A stretch of 44,767 nucleotides of DNA from an uncultured Methanosarcinales archaeon (GCA_964359785.1 CAYHWL010000004.1:1-44767); one strand, 5' to 3'; shown: positions 15,555 through 25,450, numbered from the stretch's first letter. Made by a program: numbers and translations. Notes: generated by a model not told the origin, from the sequence alone.

Positions 15555-17873
15555 ATGCCAGACCTAGAGACTCTTATACAAGAAGCGAAGAGATTAGCAA
15601 AAGATGATAACAATCTCCAGTCCTTCCAGATCGAACTTTTCAAGGTTCTTGACCTGACCAGATTTAAGGAAGAGGTGGAAAGTTTTTGGAAAGAGCGAGT
15701 GTTACAAGATGATGGAGATGAGTTTGGCTCATTTGAGAGGAAAGCTCCGATTACTCCTTATATTCTGCTGGGTAAGCGAAAAGGTGATCACTTTCTTTTA
15801 GATGAGAGCACACTAGAGAATTACATATTGTGCCATCATATGTTAAGAAAAGGGTATGATCATGTGAAAAATGATCTCCCGGGTGCAAGTCCGCATGGCA
15901 TCTTGTCTGGTCTGCTAGGGTTTTCAACAGGTCTAGGATGGGATATATATCTAGATCCCTCGCTTAGGAATATCCATCCACAAACTTTTTATGACTTGTT
16001 CTTTGCAGGGTACATGTTTTTAGAATCATTGCACTTTGATTTACAGAATCTTGGGACGAGTAAGCATTCAAACGCATCCTTCGCGCGACTTTTGTCAAAG
16101 ATGAAAGAGACTGGCAAACGCCCTAGAAGTCATAACACATTCTTCGCCAATAACAAGAAGGCTGCTCAGGAAGCGGCGAGGATCAAGAGCCTGGAACTAA
16201 ATTCACGGCAGGATGATGTCAAGAGAAAAGTGCATACTGCCATTGCCATTTTCAGTTATCTCCGCAATCTCCGATACACACAAAGCGTCTCTACCCCTCT
16301 TCTGACAAAGATTATGGACGAGGAATTAAAAATCAGTCTTAGAGAAGGTCACGCGCACTGCTATTGCCAGTTGGATCTTATGGGCGCTAAAGCCTCAGAT
16401 AATTTCCAGGAAGCGTTCAAGCTTATCCAATCCAACAACGACCCAGACCAGATGGCCGATTTTCTGCGTCTGATGGAGTCTTCACTAAACCCAAAGGATC
16501 TTTTCAAGGTCTCTATGACATTCGCCTCACTCTGGGATCAGGCGTACAAGAACGGCTGGCATATGCAGTATGAGGATCATCCAAGGAATTTCGATCCGTT
16601 CCTCTCAAGTCAAGAGAATCATGAGCTCTTGGCAAGGCAGGAGACCGGTGCGCTCCTGAATCTTTCCGCGAACCAAAGATTCCGCGAGGTATTCAAAGGC
16701 AAGATTCTGCCAGACCTGCCCTATGAGACTCTAGAGGAACTCATGGAGGCAGACATCGGCATCTTCGAGCAGATCCTCCCAGATTTCGGCAAGGAAGATG
16801 CAAGATTCGTCCAATCCCTTGTCCGTATCTTGAACGACAACGGGGCGAAAATCAGCGTAACCAAATTCTCCAAAGAGCAAAAAGAGTTTATTGAGGACGC
16901 GCCTCTCACCTGTGACTCGCAGGATCTTATCATGATCATCAACAACTTCCAGACAGCAAAAGAGGCGCTGGAGCATGGAGTCACCCCATATCAGGGTGCA
17001 ATCACAAAGATTGGCGATATCGCCGGGTTTGTGCAGTACTTCGCGATGAATCTCGATCATATCAATGAAGAACTCACTTATCATAAGGAGGTAGAAAGAT
17101 ACGGTCTAAACAGCCAATTAAGAGAGGATGTCCTCAAGATAGTGAGAGACAATGGCATCGAGCGATCCAGGAATTACCTTGCAAAATTATCTGACCTCCA
17201 AGGCGAGTCCTATGCCAGGCTAGCCTCCCTTATGTCAAAGACTGATCCTCGTTGGTTCCTGCGTTCAAGAGATTTGACAGATATTGTGAAGACGGTTGCG
17301 CAAGCCGGCAGCGAGACAGAATGGAAACGCCTGCAGGTTTCAGTGGCATCCGCAAAAGATGAGATTTCCGCCAGACAAGTCATCCTCTCTTACAGCGATA
17401 TTATTGAGAAAGAATCTCCTGTATACACCCAAGAGGTCATAAACACCCAGCCGCCGCCAAAAGCCCATATCCAAGCAAAACCCCTATACGACCCCCTCAA
17501 GTTTGATCAAGACATCCAAACAACCGGTTATGATCCTCAATTGGTGCGAGCTGTATTGGAGAAAGGGTTCTGTCTCGCCAGCGCAAGACGTTTCATAGGC
17601 CTCAACTATCTCACTTTCCGCCACGTAGTATCAAATGTGCAAAATGTGATGGGACAAGGGATGGTGGGTAACGATGACATAGAAGCCCTCCTCAAATTCT
17701 TCGACTCGCAAGAGGTGATAATACATCACGGAAAGAACCGCACGATAAGAGATGGCTGTCTAAGTATCAATTCCCACACAAAGCACATCCCGCTTGAACC
17801 CCTAAGAGATTATATCAGGGAGCTTCTCTACGGCAGATTGATACAAGATAAGGAGTATAAGATAAAAAAATAA
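15555..17873 (+). CDS. Large hypothetical protein, apparently helical
   Basis: 772-aa ORF with an upstream TTTTAAG box; no motif recognised. Confidence 0.75.
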   Translation: MPDLETLIQEAKRLAKDDNNLQSFQIELFKVLDLTRFKEEVESFWKERVLQDDGDEFGSFERKAPITPYILLGKRKGDHFLLDESTLENYILCHHMLRKGYDHVKNDLPGASPHGILSGLLGFSTGLGWDIYLDPSLRNIHPQTFYDLFFAGYMFLESLHFDLQNLGTSKHSNASFARLLSKMKETGKRPRSHNTFFANNKKAAQEAARIKSLELNSRQDDVKRKVHTAIAIFSYLRNLRYTQSVSTPLLTKIMDEELKISLREGHAHCYCQLDLMGAKASDNFQEAFKLIQSNNDPDQMADFLRLMESSLNPKDLFKVSMTFASLWDQAYKNGWHMQYEDHPRNFDPFLSSQENHELLARQETGALLNLSANQRFREVFKGKILPDLPYETLEELMEADIGIFEQILPDFGKEDARFVQSLVRILNDNGAKISVTKFSKEQKEFIEDAPLTCDSQDLIMIINNFQTAKEALEHGVTPYQGAITKIGDIAGFVQYFAMNLDHINEELTYHKEVERYGLNSQLREDVLKIVRDNGIERSRNYLAKLSDLQGESYARLASLMSKTDPRWFLRSRDLTDIVKTVAQAGSETEWKRLQVSVASAKDEISARQVILSYSDIIEKESPVYTQEVINTQPPPKAHIQAKPLYDPLKFDQDIQTTGYDPQLVRAVLEKGFCLASARRFIGLNYLTFRHVVSNVQNVMGQGMVGNDDIEALLKFFDSQEVIIHHGKNRTIRDGCLSINSHTKHIPLEPLRDYIRELLYGRLIQDKEYKIKK

Positions 17874-17903
17874 AATTAAAGAATGAAAATTTTCTTTCGT
17901 CAA

Positions 17904-18137
17904 CTATCTTCCGCCACGGGCCATCTTGGCTCGTGCGACGTGTCCGTTCTTGTCTATGAAGTACAAGTATCCGGACGCTTTCTTGACGCCGACCTTGGCG
18001 ACCTTTTCAGCCTTTGCTTTCTTGGCTCCTTTTCGGCCGCGGGCCATCTTTGCGCGGGATACGTCTCCCTGCTTGTCAACGAAGTAGAGGTAACCCACCT
18101 CTTTTTTCACACCCACTTTTGCTACGACTTCTGCCAT
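17904..18137 (-). CDS. Small basic tandem-repeat protein (candidate nucleic-acid-binding)
   Basis: Two copies of VAKVGVKKxxGYLYFxDKxGxVxRAKMARG; strong GGAGG SD. Confidence 0.85.
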   Translation of the reverse strand: MAEVVAKVGVKKEVGYLYFVDKQGDVSRAKMARGRKGAKKAKAEKVAKVGVKKASGYLYFIDKNGHVARAKMARGGR

Positions 18138-18200
18138 TTGTTATTCCTCCTTTTTTGGTTTTGCAACGTTTAACGTCGATACCAAGGGGTTTTCCCTCGA

Positions 18201-18289
18201 TTATCGTCTATATAAAGTTTTCGTCAATAAACGGCCATTTCCCCGTCTATGATACCCTACCCAAAAGTGATGAATCCGATAGACGATAA
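18201..18289. promoter_or_regulatory. Inverted repeat in the divergent promoter upstream of oapA
   Basis: TTATCGTCTAT (18201-18211) and its exact reverse complement ATAGACGATAA (18279-18289); further CGTCTAT at 18244. Confidence 0.55.
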
Positions 18290-18348
18290 GACCCCCAACG
18301 CAAATTATATAAACGAGATAGGAAAACGTGAACCATAGTGGTGGTTTG

Positions 18349-18981
18349 ATGATCAATGTTATCAAGGATTTTCTAAGTAAGGTCTTAAAGGACCTCTTCA
18401 AGAAGAAACGCCATCTAAAGATCGGTCTTTACGGTCCGCCAAACGGGGGTAAGACCACGCTCGCCAACCGTCTGTGCAAAGACTGGCTTGGCGAGGAGAT
18501 GGGTTCGGTCTCAAGCATCGCGCACGAGACTAGAGAGATCCAGATCAAGGAGCAGATCAACATCCGATCCAAAGGTAAAGAGCTCACATTCAATCTGATA
18601 GACACTCCAGGCATCGCCACAAAAGTCGATTATGAGGACTTCGTCAAGGTGGGCATGCCTGAACGCAAGGCCAAAGAACGCGCAAAAGAAGCCACCAAGG
18701 GAGTGATTGACGCTATCAAGTGGCTTGATGATATGGATATTGTCATCATCGTTCTAGACGCCACGCTGGACCCTTATTCACAGGTGAACATCACGATAAT
18801 AGGCAATCTGCAGGCAAGGGACATCCCTGTGCTCATAGTTGCCAATAAGATAGATTTAAAGAAAGCGAATATCAAGAGAATTGAGGCGGCTTTCCCGCAA
18901 TATGATGTTGTTGGGATATCTGCCAAATACGGGAAAAACACAGACGAGTTTTACGAGGCTTTGTTTGTCCTGGCAGGGTAA
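18349..18981 (+). CDS. oapA: Era-like GTP-binding protein OapA
   Basis: G1 GPPNGGKT, HETR, G3 DTPG, G4 ANKID, G5 ISAK; followed by DUF2073 and Zn-ribbon genes. Start placed at MINVIK. Confidence 0.88.
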   Translation: MINVIKDFLSKVLKDLFKKKRHLKIGLYGPPNGGKTTLANRLCKDWLGEEMGSVSSIAHETREIQIKEQINIRSKGKELTFNLIDTPGIATKVDYEDFVKVGMPERKAKERAKEATKGVIDAIKWLDDMDIVIIVLDATLDPYSQVNITIIGNLQARDIPVLIVANKIDLKKANIKRIEAAFPQYDVVGISAKYGKNTDEFYEALFVLAG

Positions 18982-18987
18982 AAGAAG

Positions 18988-19374
18988 ATGGTGACATTAC
19001 AGATAGTTCCATACACGGAGATTGAAGGGCTCTCATCCCTTGGTCGTATACGCAAATTGCTCAACATCGCAAAAGAGGATAAGATAGTCCTTCTGCAAGG
19101 CCGTCTGAAAAAGGAAGAGGAGGCCGAACTCATCAAAGTGACCATGGAAGAGATCAACAGCGAATTCCGGGGGATTGAATTGGCTGTGATAAACCCCTTA
19201 GAATCAAAATCAGATGGCATCTTCAAGTTAAGAAATGATATGATAGGTATGCTCCTAGGCGATAGGCATGGCCTTACTGTGGTAGGCCCTGCGAGTATTG
19301 TCAAATCTATCCGAAAAGATCCGCACAAGATCGAGCTTTTGACCAAAGAGTCTCAAAAGAAGAAGAAGAGGTGA
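18988..19374 (+). CDS. oapB: DUF2073 family protein OapB
   Basis: IVLLQGRLKKEEEAELIKVTMEEI...FRGIE...GLTVVGPA family pattern; synteny. Confidence 0.85.
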   Translation: MVTLQIVPYTEIEGLSSLGRIRKLLNIAKEDKIVLLQGRLKKEEEAELIKVTMEEINSEFRGIELAVINPLESKSDGIFKLRNDMIGMLLGDRHGLTVVGPASIVKSIRKDPHKIELLTKESQKKKKR

Positions 19375-19377
19375 ATC

Positions 19378-19773
19378 ATGCCTCACCAATGCGTCCGTTG
19401 TTCTAAGATGTATGCCGATGGCTCTCAAGACATCCTCAAAGGATGTGAATGCGGCGGCAAGATGTTCTTCTTCATCAGGAAAGAAAAACTTGAGGAGTCC
19501 AAGAAAGCGGCGGATGCTGTGAAGCTTACCACGGATGACCGCAAGGCCATTGAGGAGGATGTCTTTGAGATGCTGACAAGCAGGCTCGACCACGAAGCTC
19601 CAGTGGTCCTGGACCTGGAAGCTGTAAATGTGCTCAAACCAGGTCAGTATGAATTGGATCTTGTCCACTTGTTCCAGAATCAGCCTCTTATCTATAAATT
19701 GGAGGAAGGCAAATATATCATCGACCTTGCAGCCTCATTCCAAGAACTAAGAAAGGACAAGCCGCAGGACTAG
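19378..19773 (+). CDS. oapC: Zn-ribbon protein OapC (DUF2072)
   Basis: MPHQCVRC...ILKGCECGGKMF, PGQYELDL, EEGKYIIDL; synteny. Confidence 0.88.
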   Translation: MPHQCVRCSKMYADGSQDILKGCECGGKMFFFIRKEKLEESKKAADAVKLTTDDRKAIEEDVFEMLTSRLDHEAPVVLDLEAVNVLKPGQYELDLVHLFQNQPLIYKLEEGKYIIDLAASFQELRKDKPQD

Positions 19774-20441
19774 ATTTTGCCCATTAATTCTTTCTTCACG
19801 CTTTCCAGATCTTCAGGTCTCAAGTATTTATGCGAAAGTCCAGATTTCTTGCATAGATTCCCAAAGGATATCAGGGGCCAGGATTTTGTCTCTTCCTTAG
19901 TCACTCCAAAATGACCCATTGCTTTGAGCTGGTTTAGCAAGAGATAGTCAAGGTTGTTGTTTTGTTCAACCATAAATTGGTGCACGAAAGAATCACCGAA
20001 GGTCTCATATAGTATCTTGGCCGCAGCATAGGCTTGCGTATTGTTTTTTGGCGCGGGCACAGCTCGCAAGATCCCGCATGTCTTGCATCCAGAGCATTCA
20101 CGGCCGACAGACACTTTGGTCGGGTGCGCCGGATCAAGGCCGGTGCTTTGCACAGGGTACCCTCGGCACACAAGTGGCCGTGTTGGATAGACTCTGCACT
20201 TGTTCTCCTCATCTAAGAATGGGCACTTATCTTCTGCCAGCTGGTTCATCAATATGACTCTTGTTCTTGTCTTTGGGTCAGCGCGTATGATATGTTGAAG
20301 CGCAGGCTGCCTTCCAAGGAGTCGATCCCCGTCATTCAAAAAACCCAACGCTTCCCAATCAAAGAGCATAAGGCCAAAGCCGCGCCCATTACGCAGGTTC
20401 TGGCAGCATCTGCCGCTCTTCTCGCATGTGAACTTCGCCAT
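19770..20441 (-). CDS. YkgJ family cysteine-cluster protein
   Basis: FTCEKSGRCC, CPFL...CRVYPTRPLVCRGYP; start moved to MAKFTC (20441). Confidence 0.85.
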   Translation of the reverse strand: MAKFTCEKSGRCCQNLRNGRGFGLMLFDWEALGFLNDGDRLLGRQPALQHIIRADPKTRTRVILMNQLAEDKCPFLDEENKCRVYPTRPLVCRGYPVQSTGLDPAHPTKVSVGRECSGCKTCGILRAVPAPKNNTQAYAAAKILYETFGDSFVHQFMVEQNNNLDYLLLNQLKAMGHFGVTKEETKSWPLISFGNLCKKSGLSHKYLRPEDLESVKKELMGKI

Positions 20442-20443
20442 TT

Positions 20444-20950
20444 TCACTGCTGGTATCTTGCGAGGTTTAAGAAAGATTTGATGTTTAGCGAGCATTGCTC
20501 CACATGTGTCTTGATTTCAGCCTTGTATTTGCCAGTCACTGGCATCAGGATGTACTTATTCATCATGGCGCGCACAAAGTAGTAGATTGGTTTTTGTTCC
20601 CATCGGTTCTCATAGTCCGTGACTAGGTATCCATTGAAGAGTATCTGGACTTTCCCAAGATTCATCCTTTTTTTCTTGCCGTCGATCTTTGCCTCGGCAT
20701 CCTTGACATCCGAGAATATCATCTTTATGTTCACGACGTATCTAGCGTAGTCAGAGACCGTCTTGTATGGCTCTAGGATTATCTCGATATACTTCCCTTC
20801 GGCGCGTACTACCTCCGAATTTTTCAGCTCAACGCGGTCATAACCGAGTTTCGAGAAGTATCCCTCTATCATCTTGTAGACTTCAGCTGTGCTAAACATC
20901 CCTTCATAGGTGATTTTCCTGTCCTCTATCACGGTATCGACTTCGCTCAT
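20444..20950 (-). CDS. Conserved hypothetical protein (paralog triplet, third gene)
   Basis: ITYEGMFSTAEVYKMIEGYFSKLGYD aligns with the two upstream genes; ATGA overlap. Confidence 0.8.
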   Translation of the reverse strand: MSEVDTVIEDRKITYEGMFSTAEVYKMIEGYFSKLGYDRVELKNSEVVRAEGKYIEIILEPYKTVSDYARYVVNIKMIFSDVKDAEAKIDGKKKRMNLGKVQILFNGYLVTDYENRWEQKPIYYFVRAMMNKYILMPVTGKYKAEIKTHVEQCSLNIKSFLNLARYQQ

Positions 20951-21456
20951 TTTGTGGTCTCCATTCCGATATACTCCTTTATCGCCCTATGCAGTTTCAG
21001 AGCGTGATAATACAATCCATCTGCATGGACAAACATTATGTCATATTTAATAACATTGTTATGATAGAAATGTTTGAGTCTGTCTAGGAGCTTGCCTTTT
21101 TTGAACTTCTCATTGTAGTCCATAGTCACGATGGCGTCTATTTCTATCAAGATTCTGCAACTCTGTAGTTTCTGTTTCTGTCCGCCTTTCACCACTTCCA
21201 CATCCATGACGTTGTAGAAGTTTATGACCATCTTTATCGTGTATTTGAAGTAATCATCGACCTCCTTTGTCCCTTCCCATTCGATCTCCTTTTTGATGCC
21301 ATCAGAGCCTGCCTTGGCTTTGTTGCTCCCTTCAGTGAAGTCATATTTGTGGTCGATTATCCAGTCACGCATCATCTTGAGGAGTCCAGGTATATCGACT
21401 ATACCTTGATATTTTATTACTCCGATTCGTTGTTCCAGAGGGTTGGGTAAAGCCAT
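20947..21456 (-). CDS. Conserved hypothetical protein (paralog triplet, second gene)
   Basis: IKYQGIVDIPGLLKMMRDWIIDHKYD; start moved to MALPNP (TGATG overlap at 21456). Confidence 0.8.
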   Translation of the reverse strand: MALPNPLEQRIGVIKYQGIVDIPGLLKMMRDWIIDHKYDFTEGSNKAKAGSDGIKKEIEWEGTKEVDDYFKYTIKMVINFYNVMDVEVVKGGQKQKLQSCRILIEIDAIVTMDYNEKFKKGKLLDRLKHFYHNNVIKYDIMFVHADGLYYHALKLHRAIKEYIGMETTK

Positions 21457-22070
21457 CAGAGGTTCTCCTGGGTCCTTGTGAGATACCACTTCTCAAGCGC
21501 CGCTTCATCTAAGTACGTGTCGATCTGGAAATAGCCTTTCACGGCTTCCTGCAATTCTGTCATCTCATTGATAAGATCGCTTTTGTGCGCGGAGTATCTG
21601 CTTTTCATGGGTCTTCCTTTGGCAAAGGCGATTAGTTTCTTGAATGTGTCTCCAGGATACTTCTTGGTGTTGGTGACAAGCCGCGCATTGATTGAGACTT
21701 CTATCTCACCAGTGTCAGCGCCCAGTTTCTTTCCCTTCACAACCACTTCGGTTGGTTTTATCCCAAGTGCGTGCATGTCTATATCAAGCTCATAATAGTA
21801 CAAAGGATCCTTGAACCTGATATTTCCGCTCTCTTTGGTAACGCGCCATCTGATGAATATCTCACGAGGGCCGCCGCCAAAATCACGTTGTTCATAGAAG
21901 GTCTCATTGAATGCCGAATCGCTATCTCTTGTGCAGTACTTATGCTCTATCAGCCACTCATGGAGCATGAAGTACAAATACTCCATACTAAAGACGTCCT
22001 TGCTCACTACGACCATCCTTGGCATAGGTTTTGCGTCTTTGTTGTTTAGTCGGTATGTTATCAGTGCCAT
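21456..22070 (-). CDS. Conserved hypothetical protein (paralog triplet, first gene)
   Basis: VSKDVFSMEYLYFMLHEWLIEHKYC...EVVVKGKK...LQEAVKGYF. Confidence 0.8.
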   Translation of the reverse strand: MALITYRLNNKDAKPMPRMVVVSKDVFSMEYLYFMLHEWLIEHKYCTRDSDSAFNETFYEQRDFGGGPREIFIRWRVTKESGNIRFKDPLYYYELDIDMHALGIKPTEVVVKGKKLGADTGEIEVSINARLVTNTKKYPGDTFKKLIAFAKGRPMKSRYSAHKSDLINEMTELQEAVKGYFQIDTYLDEAALEKWYLTRTQENL

Positions 22071-22765
22071 GGTGTGTATAGGGGTTTGATCCGGTTTGGC
22101 GCCATCATCCAGATGCCTTGTTCCACGAATCTATGCAAGGGAAGCGGCGTGCTTATTGGTCGGGTTTTGCCCTTTTTAATGGCTTCTACGACCCCAAGAG
22201 GTGTACGTTCTTTCACATCTATCAAGGTATGCGTGCTTCTCCCTATATGCGTCAGACAGTGCGAATCGCTATTTGCTAGCAGGGCTTTATGATGCTGTCT
22301 TGCCATCATCACTGCCTTTTTGTTGCAGTCAAGCCAATCCATGTACATGAAGCTCACTTCGATGGCATCGAATAGATCGATGTTCGCTAGTAGTTTCTCC
22401 CCAAGCGCGCAGCCGGCAGGATGGGGGAAATATGGATGTGGCGCGCACACTGCATGATGGGATCGCTTCGCCTTCCTCAGGTCTTCGAATGTCGTGATTC
22501 CCATCGCCTCTTTCTTGGAAAAATTGTATAAGAGCACATGTCTGCCTTCGATCTCCTTTTCGCATCCAGGCACAAGTACGACGCCTTTTTTAGAAGCGTA
22601 CCGTCCTAGCATTGGCGTCCACAAAAAACCGTCATGAGCTGTGATGGAGATTATCCCAAGCCCTATCTTCTTGGAATAGTCTATAGCGTCCTTCACCGTG
22701 TATGAGATAAAGTCATCATCCGGGTCGCCAGCCGCATGGATATGCATATCTGCTTTAAGTATCAT
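22061..22765 (-). CDS. PHP domain metal-dependent phosphoesterase
   Basis: KADMHIH, SITAHD, PGCE, HVL, APHP, DAIEV, ANSDSH; start probably MILKAD. Confidence 0.88.
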   Translation of the reverse strand: MILKADMHIHAAGDPDDDFISYTVKDAIDYSKKIGLGIISITAHDGFLWTPMLGRYASKKGVVLVPGCEKEIEGRHVLLYNFSKKEAMGITTFEDLRKAKRSHHAVCAPHPYFPHPAGCALGEKLLANIDLFDAIEVSFMYMDWLDCNKKAVMMARQHHKALLANSDSHCLTHIGRSTHTLIDVKERTPLGVVEAIKKGKTRPISTPLPLHRFVEQGIWMMAPNRIKPLYTPWH

Positions 22766-22853
22766 AGACCATAAGCCTACCATGGATTTATTTAATCCTT
22801 TCTAGACAAAGAGTCCCCAATACCTTTTTATTACGTGCAAAAACCCTGTCCAT

Positions 22854-24053
22854 ATGTTAGTCGGTATCGTTGGAAAGCCAAGCTGTGGGAAATCCACGTT
22901 CTTCAGGGCGAGCACCCTGGCAGAAGCGGAGATAGCCAATTATCCGTTTACGACGATCAAGCCAAATCACGGTGTGGGCTACGTCCGCGTCCAATGCGTC
23001 GACTCCTTCTTCAATAGGCAATGCAATCCCAGATTTGGTTACTGCACAGCGCATAACAGGTTCGTTCCAGTCGATATGCTGGATGTGGCCGGGCTTGTTC
23101 CAGGCGCCCATGAAGGTCTTGGGATGGGCAACCAGTTCCTAGATGACCTTAGGCAAGCTGATGTCCTGATACATGTGATCGATGTCTCGGGTTCAGTGAA
23201 CGAGAAGGGCGAACCAGTGGATCCTTTATCGTACGACCCTGCCAAAGATGTCGAATTCCTGGAGTACGAGCTTGATATGTGGTATCTTGGTGTCCTCAAG
23301 AGAGGGTGGGACAAACTCACCCGATTGATAGTCCAGGAGAAACAACCAGTCCATAAGACGATTGCGAAACAGGTCTCTGCGTTCAAAGTCACTGAAGAGA
23401 TGTGTGATGATCTGATAAACAAGATGGGTCTTAATCGGGATAAGCCTACACAATGGTCTGAAGAAGACTTATTCAAATTCGCCCAGGCCTTGAGGAAGCA
23501 GACAAAGCCCATGCTTATCGCCTGCAATAAGGTGGATGTCCCTGGCGCCTATCAAAACTACGAACGTCTGAAGAAAGATTTCCCTGACAGATTATTCGTT
23601 CCATGCTCAGCAGAATCAGAGCTTGCCCTCAAGACCGCGGCCAAAGCTGGCATGATCGAGTACATCCCGGGTGATAAATATTTCAAGATCCCAGACCCAG
23701 CAAAACTCACAGAAAAGCAGACAGCGGCTCTTAACTTCATCAAGACAAACATCCTTGACAAACACGGTGACACCGGTGTCCAACACGTCCTAAACGAAGC
23801 CGTGCTAAACTTCCTAAAATATATCGCCATCTATCCTGGCGGCGTGAACAAGTTAGAGGACAAGGACGGCAATGTCCTTCCAGACTGCTTCTGGATGCCT
23901 CCTGGGAGCACAGCCTTGGACTTCGCATTCCGTCTCCATACTGATTTTGGCAAGAACTTCATCAGGGCCATAGATGTCAAGACAAAGAGGACAGTCGGAA
24001 AAGACCATCCCCTAAAGCACCTTGATGTCCTCGAGATAGTGGCGAATAAGTGA
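22854..24053 (+). CDS. ychF: Obg-family ATPase YchF (archaeal type) with TGS domain
   Basis: GIVGKPSCGKST, IANYPFTTI, DVAGLVPGAHEGLGMGNQFLDDLR, NKVD, GNVLPD...AFRLHTD. Confidence 0.93.
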   Translation: MLVGIVGKPSCGKSTFFRASTLAEAEIANYPFTTIKPNHGVGYVRVQCVDSFFNRQCNPRFGYCTAHNRFVPVDMLDVAGLVPGAHEGLGMGNQFLDDLRQADVLIHVIDVSGSVNEKGEPVDPLSYDPAKDVEFLEYELDMWYLGVLKRGWDKLTRLIVQEKQPVHKTIAKQVSAFKVTEEMCDDLINKMGLNRDKPTQWSEEDLFKFAQALRKQTKPMLIACNKVDVPGAYQNYERLKKDFPDRLFVPCSAESELALKTAAKAGMIEYIPGDKYFKIPDPAKLTEKQTAALNFIKTNILDKHGDTGVQHVLNEAVLNFLKYIAIYPGGVNKLEDKDGNVLPDCFWMPPGSTALDFAFRLHTDFGKNFIRAIDVKTKRTVGKDHPLKHLDVLEIVANK

Positions 24054-24094
24054 CCTCCAAAAACCCTCCAATCTTGAAGAAGAACCGCAACCTT

Positions 24095-24157
24095 TAAATA
24101 CAAAATGTCTTTTATATAATACAAATTATGCCAAATATGTTCAATGGAAAAGACAAA
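24095..24157 (+). repeat. 63-bp direct repeat, copy 1 (promoter/5' region of ATPase)
   Basis: taaatacaaaatgtcttttatataatacaaattatgccaaatatgttcaatggaaaagacaaa; 58/63 identical to 25482..25544. Confidence 0.92.
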
Positions 24158-25450
24158 ATGGAACACAAAAGGATTGTTATAAACTGGAAAGAATTCAAGA
24201 TACCGGATGTACTGCCTAGACTTTCTGATGTGGACTTGAACATTGATTTTATTATTACCATAAGTGGTCCAAGAAGGGCTGGAAAAACGTACTTCTGCTT
24301 CCAATTGATGCAAAAGCTGATGGAAAGAGGAACCTCCAGAGAGAACATATTCTATATGAATTTTGAGGATAATCATCTTTTAGATGCGAACGCAGACGAT
24401 CTGGACAAGATTCTAGAATATTTTTTTGAACTCCACAATGTGGATGACAAACACAAGATCTACCTCTTCTTTGATGAAATACAAGTAGTAAAAGACTGGG
24501 ACGCCTGGGCAAGGAAGGTGTATGATCAGAGAAAAGACATCCATCTGATACTTACTGGTTCCAGTTCAAAGCTTCTAAGCAGAGAGATCTCAACAAAACT
24601 ACGAGGCAGGGTGATAAACAAGGAGATATTCCCATTGAGCTTCGAAGAGGTCCTTTTATGGAGCCATCTGCGTTACGACCCAAAGACGATAACCCACAGC
24701 AAGGAAAAGACCGCTGTAAGGAAAGCTTTCTCACGATTTCTTATAGATGGAGGCTACCCGGCTTTACTACTAGATAATAATCTGCAAAAAGAACAGATAT
24801 TGCAAAGCTACTATGACTCTATGATATTCAAAGATATAATTGAGAGATACAAGATAGAGGATGTTAAGAAGCTCAAATCCCTTGCGCAATTGCTATTCCA
24901 ATCAGTTTCAAGTGACATGTCATATACTAAACTTGCAGAGAGGATGAAAGCGATAGGTTTTGTCATAAGTAAAAATACAGTAATAGAGTATATCTCTTAT
25001 TTCGAGGACGCATATCTTTTTTTCCAGAACCTCAAATATGAATATTCTGTGGCTCAACAAATGGGATCGATAAAGAAATTGTACTGCATAGACAATGGGA
25101 TATTGAATGCGGTCAGCTTTAAATTTTCAGACGATATTGGAAGGCTTCTTGAGAATTTGGTGTTTGTGGAGCTCAAAAGAAAAGGTGAGACCGTGTACCG
25201 TCACAAATCCAAACACGACTGCGATTTCTTGATTGTTAGGAAGGGCAAGGTTGTCCAAGCGGTCCAAGTCACACAGAACTTGGATGAGGCCACCAAAAAA
25301 AGGGAGTATTCTGGTTTATTGGAAGCAATGGCCATTCATGGTTTACAAGAAGGCCTTATATTGACCGAAGAGCAGATTGGGGAAGAGAAAGTCCAAGGGA
25401 AAAAAATTATGGTAAAACCAATTTGGCAATGGCTCTTGGGCGTGGATTAG
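24128..25450 (+). CDS. AAA_14 + DUF4143 ATP-binding protein
   Basis: ISGPRRAGKT, FFDEIQ, LTGSSS, LRGR...FPLSFEE, GGYP, KLYCIDNG, LENLV, DCDF...AVQV; start may be 24158. Confidence 0.92.
   Translation: MPNMFNGKDKMEHKRIVINWKEFKIPDVLPRLSDVDLNIDFIITISGPRRAGKTYFCFQLMQKLMERGTSRENIFYMNFEDNHLLDANADDLDKILEYFFELHNVDDKHKIYLFFDEIQVVKDWDAWARKVYDQRKDIHLILTGSSSKLLSREISTKLRGRVINKEIFPLSFEEVLLWSHLRYDPKTITHSKEKTAVRKAFSRFLIDGGYPALLLDNNLQKEQILQSYYDSMIFKDIIERYKIEDVKKLKSLAQLLFQSVSSDMSYTKLAERMKAIGFVISKNTVIEYISYFEDAYLFFQNLKYEYSVAQQMGSIKKLYCIDNGILNAVSFKFSDDIGRLLENLVFVELKRKGETVYRHKSKHDCDFLIVRKGKVVQAVQVTQNLDEATKKREYSGLLEAMAIHGLQEGLILTEEQIGEEKVQGKKIMVKPIWQWLLGVD

Noticed and set aside
18138-18348. Replication origin next to oapABC
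   Set aside because: No cdc6/orc1, no ORB consensus and no long AT-rich unwinding element; kept only as a motif observation.
23831-24376. Minus-strand ORFs 23831..24376 and 25407..25595 sharing IWHNLY
   Set aside because: Similarity comes from reading the 63-bp promoter repeat in antisense.
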